A stretch of 64,000 bases of DNA from a bacterium. GTDB taxonomy: Bacteria > Zhuqueibacterota > Zhuqueibacteria > Residuimicrobiales > Krinioviventaceae. The stretch covers positions 2,016,001 through 2,080,000 of the forward strand of contig CAXXMD010000003.1 of the NCBI GenBank assembly GCA_963675755.2, read 5' to 3'. The position numbers and the translations under genes were made by a program. This document shows positions 20,851 through 31,950 of the stretch, one piece after another (position 1 is the first letter of the stretch; every line of letters begins with the position of its first letter). The notes beneath the pieces were generated by a model, which worked only from the letters and a program-made list of their open reading frames with translations, did not search any database and had not been told where the DNA came from.

Positions 20851-21528
20851 ATGAATACACTGAAACATATTGGCGCCCTGGTTTATAAAGATGTGCTCAT
20901 AGAGCTTCGCAGCCGTGAAGTTATCTGGTCTATGGTTGTATTTGCTATTACCGTGCTGGTGATCTTTAATTTTATTTTTGATCCTGGAACGGATATTATG
21001 CAAAAAACCGCTCCGGGTATTTTGTGGGTGGCAATCATTTTTTCATCAAATTTGGGTCTGAATCGTACCTTTGTAAAAGAGCAGGAAGCCGGCAATATGC
21101 AGGGCATATTGTTAACGCCCATGGATAGAAGTGCCGTGTTTCTGGCCAAGATGCTGGCAAATGTAATTTTTATTTCCGCTGTACAGGTGATAATGTTGCC
21201 GGTTATGATTATCTTGTATGATTTACCGGTTACCGGAACATTTGGATTGCTGCTTTTGGTGCTGTTTCTGGGTATTCTAGGTTTTGCCTCTGTTGGAACA
21301 TTGTTTTCAGCAATTGCAGCCAATACAAAATCTCGTGAAATAATGCTGCCAATTTTATTGTTGCCGGTTACAGTCCCTGTGATACTGGGTGCTATAAAAA
21401 GTACACAATATTTATTAAGTGCAGAACCTCTCTCAAAAGTTTACCCCTGGATGCGTCTTTTGATCGGTTTTGATGTGATTTTTTTTGTTGTCTGTTATTT
21501 ATTATATGAATATGTTATAGAGGAATGA
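20851..21528 (+). CDS. ccmB: Heme exporter protein CcmB
   Basis: KD..IELRSRE, PGILWVAI.F, F..E.E.G, LLPILLLP-type motif; multiple TM segments. Confidence 0.92.
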   Translation: MNTLKHIGALVYKDVLIELRSREVIWSMVVFAITVLVIFNFIFDPGTDIMQKTAPGILWVAIIFSSNLGLNRTFVKEQEAGNMQGILLTPMDRSAVFLAKMLANVIFISAVQVIMLPVMIILYDLPVTGTFGLLLLVLFLGILGFASVGTLFSAIAANTKSREIMLPILLLPVTVPVILGAIKSTQYLLSAEPLSKVYPWMRLLIGFDVIFFVVCYLLYEYVIEE

Positions 21529-22220
21529 GGCAGGTTATGAAACAAAAATCATTGACTGTGGATTTGGTTTTGATCACGTTATCTTATGTTGCTGTAATGG
21601 TCGCTTTGTACATGGCTTTTTTGTATGCACCCACAGAGCGGACTATGGGTGATGTGCAGCGCATTTTTTATTTCCACGTGCCGTCGGCATGGGCTTCTTT
21701 TCTGGCATTTTTTATTGTTTGTATTGCCGGTATAGCATTTTTAAAAAGTGGAAATGAAAAATGGGACAAGATGGCTCTTGCTTCCGCAGAAATTGGAGTT
21801 TTGTTTATTACTATAGTATTACTTACCGGGCCCATGTGGGCTAAACCGGTCTGGAATACATACTGGAGCTGGGATGCCCGGTTGACCACCTCATTCGTCT
21901 TGTGGCTGATCTATATCGCGTATTTGATGATACGGCAGTTTACCGCGGACAATGAAAGAGGTGCAAGATTTGCGGCCGTTTTCGGCATTATAGGCTTTGT
22001 GGATGTACCTATAGTATACATGTCCATTCGCTGGTGGCGCACATTGCATCCGGGCGCTGTAATAGCTGGTGGAAGTGGAAGCGGTTTGGCACCACAAATG
22101 CTGGCTACACTGTTGGTTTCTGTTGGTGCGTTTACAATTCTGTTCATAACATTGTTGCGATTGCGTTTGAAATCCATTTACCTTGAACAGGATGTTAATC
22201 TGGTTAAACAACAATTTTAA
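21525..22220 (+). CDS. ccmC: Heme exporter / cytochrome c biogenesis protein CcmC
   Basis: RIFYFHVP, WWD-type TGPMWAKPVWNTYWSWDARLT, SIRWWRTLHP. Confidence 0.95.
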   Translation: MRQVMKQKSLTVDLVLITLSYVAVMVALYMAFLYAPTERTMGDVQRIFYFHVPSAWASFLAFFIVCIAGIAFLKSGNEKWDKMALASAEIGVLFITIVLLTGPMWAKPVWNTYWSWDARLTTSFVLWLIYIAYLMIRQFTADNERGARFAAVFGIIGFVDVPIVYMSIRWWRTLHPGAVIAGGSGSGLAPQMLATLLVSVGAFTILFITLLRLRLKSIYLEQDVNLVKQQF

Positions 22221-22234
22221 GGATTTATAGAGAA

Positions 22235-22369
22235 ATGAACAATTTACTATATTTATTTATCGCATATGCATTTATCTGGACAGGTTTATTTGTCTACCTG
22301 TTAACCATCGCCATAAAAATCTCCAAAGCACGTAAAGAATTGGAACTGGTCCGGGAAAAAACCAGGTAA
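22235..22369 (+). CDS. ccmD: CcmD family small membrane protein (absent from the ORF track)
   Basis: 44-aa ORF MNNLLYLFIAYAFIWTGLFVYLLTIAIKISKARKELELVREKTR: YL..AY...W TM followed by a basic helix, directly after ccmC. Confidence 0.85.
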   Translation: MNNLLYLFIAYAFIWTGLFVYLLTIAIKISKARKELELVREKTR

Positions 22370-22411
22370 TACTCTTTCCACAATTGCCGTCCTTGTCTCA
22401 AATAACAGGTG

Positions 22412-22440
22412 TTGACTCTTGTTTTGAAATGTCGTAAATT
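22412..22440 (+). promoter_or_regulatory. Putative sigma-70 promoter for the prfB operon
   Basis: TTGACT-17 nt-TAAATT about 40 nt upstream of the prfB ATG. Confidence 0.5.
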
Positions 22441-22479
22441 GTTAGTTTAATTTATGATACCAAACAATTAGGATATACT

Positions 22480-23587
22480 ATGTTTGATGAGATATTAACA
22501 AGCCTTAAAGATTATAAAGAACGAACCCAGACTCTCAGGAGGTTTCTTTGACATAGAAACCAAAGAGAATGAAATAGCTGAATTGGAAAAACAGACCCAG
22601 GAAGCCGGATTTTGGAATGATAACGAAGCTGCTCAGCAAGTAATGCGCGAAATCAGTGGCCGACGTGAATGGGTTGAAACCTGGCAAAAGATTGATGATA
22701 AATGTAATGAGATTGAAGAACTGACTGCTCTTGCCCAGGAAGAAAATGATGAAGAGATTGGTAAAGAGCTCCAATCAGATTTAAAGCAACTCGAAAAAGA
22801 CCTGTCTGCTCTTGAATTCCGTAGAATGTTGGGAAAACCTGAAGATTCAAAAAATGCGATTGTGACTATACATCCCGGGGCCGGTGGTACAGAATCTCAG
22901 GATTGGGCGCAGATGTTGATGCGTATGTATACCCGCTGGTTTGAGCGTAGAGGGTTTAAATACGATACTCTTGATTTTCAATCCGGAGATGAAGCCGGAA
23001 TTAAAGGCGTTTCTTTTGAAGTTGTTGGCAGTTACGTATACGGATATTTAAAGGCAGAAGCAGGTGTACATCGCCTGGTTAGAATTTCTCCTTTTGATGC
23101 AAACAGCAGACGGCATACTTCCTTTGCGTCTGTGTTTGTTTACCCTGAAGTAGATAATGATATTGAAATTGATATAGATGAAAAAGACCTGAGAATTGAT
23201 ACGTATCGGGCAAGCGGGGCCGGTGGTCAGCATGTGAACAAGACCAGTTCGGCGATCCGTATAACACATATCCCGACAAATATTGTTGTTCAGTGTCAAA
23301 ATGAACGTTCACAGCATCGTAATAAAGACGCTGCCATGAAAATGCTCATGTCCAAATTGTATCAGAAAAAGCTTGAAGAAGAAAAAGCGAAAATGGCAGA
23401 GCTTGAAAATACAAAACAAGAGATTGGCTGGGGAAGCCAGATCCGGTCTTATGTTTTTCATCCTTATAATATGGTTAAAGACCATAGAACAAATTTTGAA
23501 ACCAGCAACATTACCGCGGTAATGGATGGTGATATTGACGGATTTATAGAATCCTTTTTAATGCAAGGAAATACCAAGAAACAGTAA
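22480..23587 (+). CDS. prfB: Peptide chain release factor 2 with programmed +1 frameshift
   Basis: ATG 22480, 23 codons to CTT-TGA-C (22546-22552) preceded by internal SD AGGAGG (22537-22542). The +1 frame continues into the ORF with SPF and GGQ motifs. Confidence 0.97.
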
Positions 23588-23603
23588 TACGCCGGAGAAT
23601 GAA

Positions 23604-24725
23604 TTGAGACCCACAGCCGTTGAAATAGACCTTTCTGCGCTCAAACATAATATACAAGCCATTCGGGATAAAGTTTCGCCCGCAAAAGTCTTGGCTGTTG
23701 TAAAAGCGAATGCATATGGTCATGGTGCTATAGAGGTCAGTAAAACCGTACTGGCAAACGGTGCAGATTACCTGGGTGTAGCTTGTATTGAAGAAGGTAT
23801 TGCGCTGAGAGATGCCGGAATTCAGGCCCCTATATTGGTATTGAGCAGTTCAGGATTGAATCATACAGATCTGTATTTGGAATACGATCTGGATATAACC
23901 TTATATGATCATGAGGGATTAGAGCGGGTTAAAGCATCTGCCCGTTCCTGTAAAAAGATTCCGAGAATTCATGTCAAGATTGATACCGGCATGGGTCGTA
24001 TGGGTATACATTGGCAAAAAGCTGAAGCGTTCATCCGGGAAATATACCGTGACAGTACGCTCCTTTTGCAGGGAGTCTATACCCATTTTGCGACATCCGA
24101 TCATATAGACAAGAGTTATGCGCTGTTGCAGGCTGAACGGTTCAAGCAGATCCTCAGTGATGTTAAGGCTGCGGGGATTGCGGTCCCTTTGGCACATGGC
24201 GCCAATAGTGGTGCTATACTGGATCTGCCAGAGACATATTTTGATATGGTGCGTCCCGGTATTTTAATGTATGGACATTATCCTTCTGATCATACCACCG
24301 AGAGTGTTCATATAAAACCGGTTATGGAGTTTAAGACCAGAGTGCTTTATACAAAGGCTCTGGCTAAAGGTGAAAGTGTAAGTTATGACCGGATTTTTAT
24401 TGCCGACCGGGATACCCGTGTAGCCACATTACCTGTTGGATATGAAGACGGATATAACCGTTTGTTATCCAATTGCGGAGAAGTGCTGATACAAGGCAGA
24501 CGTTTTCCGGTAATTGGCCGGGTGACCATGGATATGATTGTGGTTGATTTGGGCGACGACACATCGGTGCAGGAAGGTGATGAAGTCGTATTGTTCGGCA
24601 AGCAAGACAATAATGAAATAACTGTTGAATCTATTTGTGAAAAAATAAATACAATACCCTATGAAGTGATCTGCTGGGTTTCTAACAGAGTACAGCGAAT
24701 CTATATAAATAGTGAGGAACTATGA
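23604..24725 (+). CDS. alr: Alanine racemase
   Basis: [14 protein letters not shown]-lysine motif, [33 protein letters not shown]. Confidence 0.96.
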   Translation: MRPTAVEIDLSALKHNIQAIRDKVSPAKVLAVVKANAYGHGAIEVSKTVLANGADYLGVACIEEGIALRDAGIQAPILVLSSSGLNHTDLYLEYDLDITLYDHEGLERVKASARSCKKIPRIHVKIDTGMGRMGIHWQKAEAFIREIYRDSTLLLQGVYTHFATSDHIDKSYALLQAERFKQILSDVKAAGIAVPLAHGANSGAILDLPETYFDMVRPGILMYGHYPSDHTTESVHIKPVMEFKTRVLYTKALAKGESVSYDRIFIADRDTRVATLPVGYEDGYNRLLSNCGEVLIQGRRFPVIGRVTMDMIVVDLGDDTSVQEGDEVVLFGKQDNNEITVESICEKINTIPYEVICWVSNRVQRIYINSEEL

Positions 24726-26227
24726 GTGAAGAACAATTACAGGATTTAAACCAGGTAATGAAGGCCCGCCTGGAAAAACTGGAACAATTAAAAGAATTAA
24801 AAGTTAATCCTTTTACGTATAAATTTGAACGGGAGCATTTCGCCAAAGAGATACTTGACAATTATGAAAAGTATGAGGAAAAAGAGGTCTCATTGGCGGG
24901 ACGTATGATGTCTTTGCGTCGTATGGGAAAAGCAGCCTTTTCACACATTATGGACAGTACCGAACGGATTCAGATCTATGTCCGTCTGGATGATGTCGGT
25001 GAAGACGCATATGCGGCCTTTAAATTAACGGATATTGGTGACATTGTAGGTGTTAAAGGTACGGTAGTAAAAACCAAAACCGGTGAAATCACCATAAAGG
25101 TCAGCTATTTTGAGTTGTTGACCAAAAATCTGCGCCCCTTGCCGGTGGTTAAAGAAAAAGAAGAAGATGGCAAAAAAGTAACTTTTGACGCTTTTTCAGA
25201 TACCGAAGCAAGATACCGTCAGCGTTATGTAGATTTGGTAGTGAACAGAGAAGTGAGTGACGTGTTTGTAAAACGCTCCCGAATCATTACAGCAATGCGT
25301 GAATATCTGGATACCAAAGGTTTCCTTGAAGTGGAAACTCCGGTATTGCAGCCAATTTACGGAGGTGCTACCGCACGTCCTTTTACCACGCACCACAATG
25401 CACTGGACATGAAATTGTTCATGCGTATTGCAGACGAGTTGTACCTGAAACGTCTGATTGTGGGTGGATACGATGGTGTTTACGAGATCAGCAAAGATTT
25501 TCGTAACGAAGGTATTGACCGCACCCATAATCCCGAGTTTACCATGATGGAATTGTATGTTGCTTATGAAGACTATAATTACATGATGGACCTGGTGGAA
25601 GATATGGTTACCACCATTGCGAAAAAGGTACTGGGCACTTTGAAAATCACATATCAGGGACAGGAAATTGATCTGACACCACCCTGGAAACGGTTGCCCT
25701 TGTTTGAGGCTATTAAACAGTACACAGGTAAAGATTTATACGGTAAAACTACTGAAGAATTAAAAGCTGTTGCCAAAGAACTGCATGTTGAAATTGAAGA
25801 TTTTTGGGGCAGCGGCAAGATATTGGATGAGATCTTTGGTGAAAAAGTTGAAGAACACCTGATTCAGCCTACTTTTATTATGGATTATCCTGTAGAGCTG
25901 TCACCGCTGGCAAAGCGTCACCGTGATGATCCCAAACTGGTAGAACGGTTTGAGCCGTTTGTGGCGGGACGTGAAATTGGAAATTCTTTTTCCGAATTGA
26001 ACGATCCTATTGATCAGCGTCAGCGATTTGAAGAACAGGTCCGTTTGCTGGAAGCCGGTGATGATGAAGCGCAAATGCTGGATGATGATTTTCTGCGCGC
26101 TTTGGAATATGGCATGCCGCCAACAGCAGGACTAGGAATGGGAATTGATCGTTTGGTTATGCTGCTGACAGATTCAGCTTCAATCCGCGATGTGATCCTG
26201 TTCCCAACGATGAGACCGGAAAAATAA
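24722..26227 (+). CDS. lysS: Lysine--tRNA ligase (class II)
   Basis: [58 protein letters not shown]. Confidence 0.98.
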   Translation: MSEEQLQDLNQVMKARLEKLEQLKELKVNPFTYKFEREHFAKEILDNYEKYEEKEVSLAGRMMSLRRMGKAAFSHIMDSTERIQIYVRLDDVGEDAYAAFKLTDIGDIVGVKGTVVKTKTGEITIKVSYFELLTKNLRPLPVVKEKEEDGKKVTFDAFSDTEARYRQRYVDLVVNREVSDVFVKRSRIITAMREYLDTKGFLEVETPVLQPIYGGATARPFTTHHNALDMKLFMRIADELYLKRLIVGGYDGVYEISKDFRNEGIDRTHNPEFTMMELYVAYEDYNYMMDLVEDMVTTIAKKVLGTLKITYQGQEIDLTPPWKRLPLFEAIKQYTGKDLYGKTTEELKAVAKELHVEIEDFWGSGKILDEIFGEKVEEHLIQPTFIMDYPVELSPLAKRHRDDPKLVERFEPFVAGREIGNSFSELNDPIDQRQRFEEQVRLLEAGDDEAQMLDDDFLRALEYGMPPTAGLGMGIDRLVMLLTDSASIRDVILFPTMRPEK

Positions 26228-26229
26228 AA

Positions 26230-27489
26230 ATGATGCCTTTTGAATTATTTGTAGCGTATCGCTACCTGAAATCCAAGCGGAAAGAAGGGTTTATATCATT
26301 GATTACCCTTATTTCCGTAGGTGGTGTAACCATTGGAGTAGCGGCGTTAATTATTGTACTTTCTGTGATGAACGGTTTTGAATCCGAGGTGCGTTCCCGG
26401 TTGATTGGAATCAATACACATCTCAAGGTGCGAACTTTTCGTACCATAGAGCATGATGGAATGGAAACCTATACTGCCGTTGAGCACATACTCAAGGATG
26501 TTCCGCAAATCAAGGCCATGTCTCCTTATATTGATGGCCGGGGTTTGCTAATGTCCAAGCACGAAAATACAGCGGTTATTTTTAGAGGAATTGAAACCGA
26601 AACTGCGGTAAAGGTCTCATCCATATTGGATAATGTGATATATGGAGAGTTGAAATTGGATGAGGTAGCCGCTCCGGAAAGTGATGAAGACCAGCGGCCT
26701 TTGCCGGGAATTTTGCTGGGCCTGTCTGTTGCAGACAGGATGGCAGTTTCCATTGGCGACAAGGTTTCGGCGGCAAGTTTTTCAGGTATGAAAAATTTTA
26801 TGCAGATGCCGCGGATGAAACAGTTTCGTGTAGCAGGTTATTTTGAAAGCGGTTTGTACGAGATAGATAACAATATGGCCTTTATCTCGATCGAGTCTGC
26901 GCAGCAGTTGTTCAATATGGGTACCAAAGTATCGGGTATTGAAGTTAAACTCGATAATTATATGCACGCCAAAGCTGTTGCAGATACAGTTAGAGACAAG
27001 CTCGGATATCCTTACCGTGCGGAAACCTGGTTTGATCTGAACCAGAACCTGTTCCGGTGGATGGAGATTGAACGCTGGGCCGCTTTTTTGATTCTGAGTT
27101 TGATTATTATGGTAGCCGCATTTAATATTGTTAGCACTATGATAATGGTTACCATGGAAAAAATACGGGATATTGGTATTTTAAAATCTATGGGAGCAAC
27201 CAACCTGGAAATACGACGCATCTTTACCTATGAAGGCCTGTTTGTGGGAATTCTGGGTACTTTGCTGGGTAATGTTTTCGGGTATGGGCTGTGCTGGCTG
27301 CAATATACATATAAATTTCTGGCGCTGCCGGGTGATGTATATTTTATCAACTGGCTGCCAATTCTGATGAAATGGCAGGATTTTATCATGATCTCTGCTG
27401 CATCCATATTAATTACTTATATTGCGGCAATATATCCTGCGGTCAAAGCTGCCAAACATGACCCTGTTGAAAGTATACGCTATGAATAG
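26230..27489 (+). CDS. lolE: Lipoprotein-releasing ABC transporter permease LolC/E
   Basis: GVAALIIVLSVMNGF, VAAFNIVS, IGILKSMGA, YPA.KAAK.DPVE.IRYE. Confidence 0.9.
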   Translation: MMPFELFVAYRYLKSKRKEGFISLITLISVGGVTIGVAALIIVLSVMNGFESEVRSRLIGINTHLKVRTFRTIEHDGMETYTAVEHILKDVPQIKAMSPYIDGRGLLMSKHENTAVIFRGIETETAVKVSSILDNVIYGELKLDEVAAPESDEDQRPLPGILLGLSVADRMAVSIGDKVSAASFSGMKNFMQMPRMKQFRVAGYFESGLYEIDNNMAFISIESAQQLFNMGTKVSGIEVKLDNYMHAKAVADTVRDKLGYPYRAETWFDLNQNLFRWMEIERWAAFLILSLIIMVAAFNIVSTMIMVTMEKIRDIGILKSMGATNLEIRRIFTYEGLFVGILGTLLGNVFGYGLCWLQYTYKFLALPGDVYFINWLPILMKWQDFIMISAASILITYIAAIYPAVKAAKHDPVESIRYE

Positions 27490-27499
27490 AAAGTAAATC

Positions 27500-28189
27500 A
27501 TGTCAGTATTGAAACTGTTAAATGTATATAAAACTTATAATCCTGGAAGCCACACCCAGGTTGATGTGTTGAACGGCGTTGACCTAGAGGTGGAAGAAGG
27601 CGAGATCATTGCGGTCATTGGGCCTTCCGGTGTAGGAAAAAGTACACTGCTGCAAATTGTTGGCGCGCTGGATCGTCCTACACGCGGTCAGGTTTGGATT
27701 GATGAAAAGGAATTAACCCGTTACAGCGATTCACAGCTTGCACAATTGCGCAACAAGACCATTGGCTTTGTGTTTCAGGCCCACCACTTGTTGCCCGAAT
27801 TTACCGCACGCGAGAATATTATGATGCCGGGAATGATTGCCCGCGGAATGCCCAAAGATCTTGAGCGGCGCAGTTCTGAGCTGCTTGAAAAGGTTGGTGT
27901 GCTTGACCGTGCGGACCACAAGCCTAATGAATTGTCCGGTGGTGAACAACAGCGTATTGCTGTGGCACGCGCGCTCATGAATGAGCCAAGATTGTTGCTT
28001 GCCGATGAACCCTCAGGCAACCTTGATCACAAGACCGCAGATTCTCTTCATGAGCTTTTATGGTCCATTAGCCGGCAGTTTAAGCAAACTCTTGTTATTG
28101 TTACACATAACCTGGAGCTTGCTCAAAAGGCTGACCGGATAATTGAGCTGTATGACGGTAAAATAAAAAATAATCACAAACCCAACTAG
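27500..28189 (+). CDS. lolD: Lipoprotein-releasing ABC transporter ATP-binding protein LolD
   Basis: GPSGVGKST, GFVFQAHHLLPEFTA, LSGGEQQR, ADEPSGNLD. Confidence 0.92.
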   Translation: MSVLKLLNVYKTYNPGSHTQVDVLNGVDLEVEEGEIIAVIGPSGVGKSTLLQIVGALDRPTRGQVWIDEKELTRYSDSQLAQLRNKTIGFVFQAHHLLPEFTARENIMMPGMIARGMPKDLERRSSELLEKVGVLDRADHKPNELSGGEQQRIAVARALMNEPRLLLADEPSGNLDHKTADSLHELLWSISRQFKQTLVIVTHNLELAQKADRIIELYDGKIKNNHKPN

Positions 28190-28197
28190 GGATTTGT

Positions 28198-28213
28198 TTG
28201 GCATAAAAATTGT
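28198..28213 (+). promoter_or_regulatory. Possible sigma-54 promoter upstream of clpC
   Basis: TTGGCATAAAAATTGT = GG-N10-GT, one mismatch at the -12 position. Confidence 0.35.
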
Positions 28214-28431
28214 AATAAAATCAGAATGCAAAATATTCTCTATAGAGTATTTTGGGACTAAATTTTATTACAATAATGTTTAGTAGTGTCCTGATGAATT
28301 ATTCAGCAGGAAAAAGCAAAAGAAATTTGCTTTAATTGAAATTGTTGGAATCTTTTAAGAATAAACTGGTGTTATTCAAGTAGAGTGAGCTGAGAAATAC
28401 TTTGAATGTTGCAACACCGCGGGAGTGAACG

Positions 28432-30921
28432 ATGAAAAACAACTTTTCTAGTCGAGTACAGATGGTCATACAATTTGCACGTGATGAAGCTTTACGTCTG
28501 GGACATGATTATATTGGTACAGAACATTTGTTGTTGGGACTGATACGTGAAGGTGAAGGCATAGCGATAGAGATACTGGCGGCTTTGGGATGTGATCTGG
28601 ATGAAGTGAAACGAGCAATTGAAGATGCTGGTAGAGCATCGGGTGACACCATGACCATTGGCAACATTCCCTTTACTAAACGGGCTGAAAAGATATTAAA
28701 GAGCGCCTATGTAGAAGCCGACAGACATAAATCAGATATTATTGGAACTGAGCATTTACTATTGGCGCTGGTTAAGGAAAAAGATGGACTTGCCGCTCAG
28801 ATATTAAAGAGTTTTGGTGTTACTTATGAAAATGCATCTGAAGAATTGGAGCGTGTTATGCAAGGATCTGAAAATGTACAACCTGATTCAACAGATCCGC
28901 AGGGACAGTCAAAGTCCCAAACGCCAGCGCTTGACCATTTCGGCAGGGATTTAACTGAACTTGCCCGTAAAGGCGAGCTGGACCCTATAATCGGTCGTGA
29001 AAACGAAATACAGCGCGTGGCCCAAATTTTGAGCAGACGCAAAAAGAATAATCCTGTATTGATTGGCGAACCGGGTGTAGGTAAAACAGCTATTGCTGAA
29101 GGCCTGGCATTGCGTATTGTTGAGAAAAAAGTACCGAGAATTTTACACAGTAAACGTGTAGTAACTTTGGATCTGGGCTCTATTGTGGCCGGAACCAAAT
29201 ATAGAGGTCAATTTGAAGAACGTATGAAAGCGATTATGAATGAATTGGCCAAGATGAAAGATATTATATTATTCATTGATGAATTGCATACTATAGTTGG
29301 CGCAGGTGGAGCATCGGGTTCTCTGGATGCTTCAAATATGTTTAAACCTGCCCTGTCTCGTGGAGAGTTGCAGTGTATTGGTGCAACCACATTGGATGAA
29401 TATAGACAATTTATAGAAAAAGACGGTGCACTTGAACGTCGTTTTCAAAAAGTAATGGTTGATCCACCGTCTCTTGAAGAGACTTTGGCAATCATTCAGG
29501 GATTAAAGTCCCGCTATGAAGCACATCACCGTGTAAATTTCAGTGATGATGTGATAAGAAATATTGTATATATGTCAGACCGGTATATTTCTGACCGTTT
29601 TCAACCAGACAAATCAATTGACGTAATGGATGAAACCGGTGCGCGGGTGCACCTGGCAAATATTGTCGTACCCAAGGAAATAACCGAACTTGAAGAAGAA
29701 ATTAAAAAAGTTCGCAGCGAAAAGGAACATGTTGTCCGTTCTCAGAATTTTGAAAAAGCTGCAGAACTTCGTGATAATGAAAAATCTTTGATCGAAAGAC
29801 TTGAAGATACCAAACAACGCTGGAATGAAGAGCAAGACGGTACCTATGCGGATGTAGATTTGGAAGATGTAACGGATGTTATCGCCATGATGACAGGTAT
29901 TCCTGTAACCCGCGTAGCACAGTCCGAATCTGAAAAATTACTCAGAATGCCTTCCGAATTAAAGAACCGGATTGTTGGTCAGGATAAAGTGATTGAAATT
30001 ATCAGTAAGGCTATTCAGCGTACACGTGCCGGATTAAAAGATCCGAACCGTCCTATTGGTTCTTTCATCTTTTTAGGACCTACCGGTGTAGGTAAAACCT
30101 ATCTGGCAAAAGAAGTTGCCAAGTATCTGTTTGAATCCGAAGATTCATTGATCCGAATTGACATGTCAGAGTTTATGGAAAAGTTTTCGGTATCTCGTTT
30201 GACCGGAGCACCTCCGGGATATGTGGGTTTTGAAGAAGGCGGTCAGTTGACTGAACGGGTCCGCAGACATCCATATTCTGTGATTCTGTTTGATGAGATA
30301 GAAAAAGCACATCCTGATGTATTCAATATCCTGCTTCAGATTCTGGATGAAGGTCATATTACTGATGGATTAGGACGCAAGATTGATTTTAAAAATACTG
30401 TTTTAATCTTGACCAGTAATATTGGAGCGCGCAAAGTTACCAAGGGCGGTGGCTTTGGTTTCTCCAAAGATGATGCGGATACCAACTATGAAACCATGCG
30501 TTCTCGCATTATTGAAGAAGTGAAAAATGTTTTTAATCCTGAATTTTTGAACCGTGTTGATGAGCTTGTTGTGTTTCGTCAACTCAGTCTCGAAGATATG
30601 CTTGTTATTATCGATATCGTTATTGAAGAGATGCTGGACAAGGTAAGAGATCGTAATATTCGTATTGATCTCACCAAAGGCGCCAAAGAGTATCTGGCAG
30701 AACTTGCTTTTGATCCTGTTTATGGTGCACGGCCTTTAAAGAGAACGATTCAAAAACACATTGAAGATCCTATAGCTGAAGAGATGTTAAAGGGTGTCTT
30801 TGTGGATGGCAGCCATATCCATGTAAAGAAAAAAGGAGACGGACTGGAATTCACGCATGTGGATAACGAAAATAGTGTTGATCCTGATGAATTTACCAAA
30901 ACTGAAACAATAGAAAAATAA
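28432..30921 (+). CDS. clpC: ATP-dependent Clp protease ATP-binding subunit ClpC
   Basis: Two Clp-N repeats (IGTEHLLL), [17 protein letters not shown]-like M-domain ([11 protein letters not shown]), [21 protein letters not shown]. Confidence 0.96.
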   Translation: MKNNFSSRVQMVIQFARDEALRLGHDYIGTEHLLLGLIREGEGIAIEILAALGCDLDEVKRAIEDAGRASGDTMTIGNIPFTKRAEKILKSAYVEADRHKSDIIGTEHLLLALVKEKDGLAAQILKSFGVTYENASEELERVMQGSENVQPDSTDPQGQSKSQTPALDHFGRDLTELARKGELDPIIGRENEIQRVAQILSRRKKNNPVLIGEPGVGKTAIAEGLALRIVEKKVPRILHSKRVVTLDLGSIVAGTKYRGQFEERMKAIMNELAKMKDIILFIDELHTIVGAGGASGSLDASNMFKPALSRGELQCIGATTLDEYRQFIEKDGALERRFQKVMVDPPSLEETLAIIQGLKSRYEAHHRVNFSDDVIRNIVYMSDRYISDRFQPDKSIDVMDETGARVHLANIVVPKEITELEEEIKKVRSEKEHVVRSQNFEKAAELRDNEKSLIERLEDTKQRWNEEQDGTYADVDLEDVTDVIAMMTGIPVTRVAQSESEKLLRMPSELKNRIVGQDKVIEIISKAIQRTRAGLKDPNRPIGSFIFLGPTGVGKTYLAKEVAKYLFESEDSLIRIDMSEFMEKFSVSRLTGAPPGYVGFEEGGQLTERVRRHPYSVILFDEIEKAHPDVFNILLQILDEGHITDGLGRKIDFKNTVLILTSNIGARKVTKGGGFGFSKDDADTNYETMRSRIIEEVKNVFNPEFLNRVDELVVFRQLSLEDMLVIIDIVIEEMLDKVRDRNIRIDLTKGAKEYLAELAFDPVYGARPLKRTIQKHIEDPIAEEMLKGVFVDGSHIHVKKKGDGLEFTHVDNENSVDPDEFTKTETIEK

Positions 30922-30927
30922 ATAGAA

Positions 30928-30967
30928 AACCCCGGACGCGAATTTCGCTCCGGGGTTGTTATTTTTT
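30928..30967. terminator. Terminator hairpin after clpC (convergent genes)
   Basis: AACCCCGGA-c-GCGA-att-TCGC-TCCGGGGTT followed by a T-rich run. Confidence 0.75.
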
Positions 30968-31001
30968 GGGGAAGTACTTCCAGGGGCAGTAAAACTGGAA
31001 C

Positions 31002-31862
31002 CTATTTGTTCAATATGTCTTGATATTCTCGTTTGTAAGCATCGTCCGTGTCCATGATCATTAATAAGCGTATGGGCTCTTTATTAATTGCATTTCTATA
31101 GATATCAATTAATTCTCCTCGATGCGCGCTAAGGAAATATTCTGCATATTCATTTTCAGGATCGTCAGCAAGAATACGGTCCAGTTTTTCTATAGCTGTT
31201 GCTATATGTTTTCTTACTTTTTCATTGTCTTCATTGACAAAAGAAAGACCATAAAAATAATAGTCAACCATTTCACGGAACGGTTTGTGCCTGTCACTCA
31301 GAAAATAATTTACAAGGTCAAGACGTTTGTCCCAACCGTCTACAAAACGACCCAAACCAAACTTGCTTTGTTCGGCAATATATTTGGCTTTTTCATAATA
31401 GATGTCACCGGCCAAAGTGCCCCATTTGTCGTATTCAAAACCCAGAATGAGGTAGAGATAAAACTCAATCATGCTGGTAAAAGAATCATAATTGTTGTCA
31501 TCATAAGTCAGGTTGTCTTTGCTGTCATATGCAAATTTCCAGCGTTTGTCAGAAAGCTGGATGTCGTAATTTGTACCAATTTGAAAGGTTTGGCAATTAT
31601 ATTTTTCTTCAGCGCCGGAACTGATATCAGAAAGAACCATGTTTATATTTACTATGACTTCTGTATTCCACTCGTTTGGGCAGCGGTCGTTGTTGTTGAT
31701 ATAGGTTTCAACCTTGTCTGTAAAATCGGCCAGCTTTTCCTTGGCTTCGTCAGACAAAGCATCTTCGGCAATAGATACATACGCATCTATGCGCTGTGAA
31801 AAAGATGTACCTGTAAGCAAGAGGATGGATAAGAAAATAATTAGATAAAGATTTTTCGGCAT
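31002..31862 (-). CDS. DUF4835-like exported protein (family annotated as T9SS-associated PorD)
   Basis: ATG at 31862 with GGAGG; signal peptide; D..W.F.Y, SFTSMIEFYLYLILGFEYD.W..L.G..YYEKA, GW..R, FR...YYFYGL pattern. Confidence 0.7.
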   Translation of the reverse strand: MPKNLYLIIFLSILLLTGTSFSQRIDAYVSIAEDALSDEAKEKLADFTDKVETYINNNDRCPNEWNTEVIVNINMVLSDISSGAEEKYNCQTFQIGTNYDIQLSDKRWKFAYDSKDNLTYDDNNYDSFTSMIEFYLYLILGFEYDKWGTLAGDIYYEKAKYIAEQSKFGLGRFVDGWDKRLDLVNYFLSDRHKPFREMVDYYFYGLSFVNEDNEKVRKHIATAIEKLDRILADDPENEYAEYFLSAHRGELIDIYRNAINKEPIRLLMIMDTDDAYKREYQDILNK

Positions 31863-31950
31863 GTATTGCCTCCAAAATAGTAATTTATACAAACTGTAAT
31901 ATTAAAGAATTTTAGCAGATAATCAAGAACATTTTACAATTGTACGCGAT

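Noticed and set aside
23599-23607. ATG-AAT-TGA mini-ORF suggesting a frameshifted alr start
   Set aside because: GGAG is correctly spaced for TTG 23604, which gives a normal MRPT N-terminus.
31122-31799. 225-aa + strand ORF
   Set aside because: Antisense shadow of the DUF4835-like gene; Phe/Ile/Val-rich composition typical of reverse-frame translation, with no motifs.
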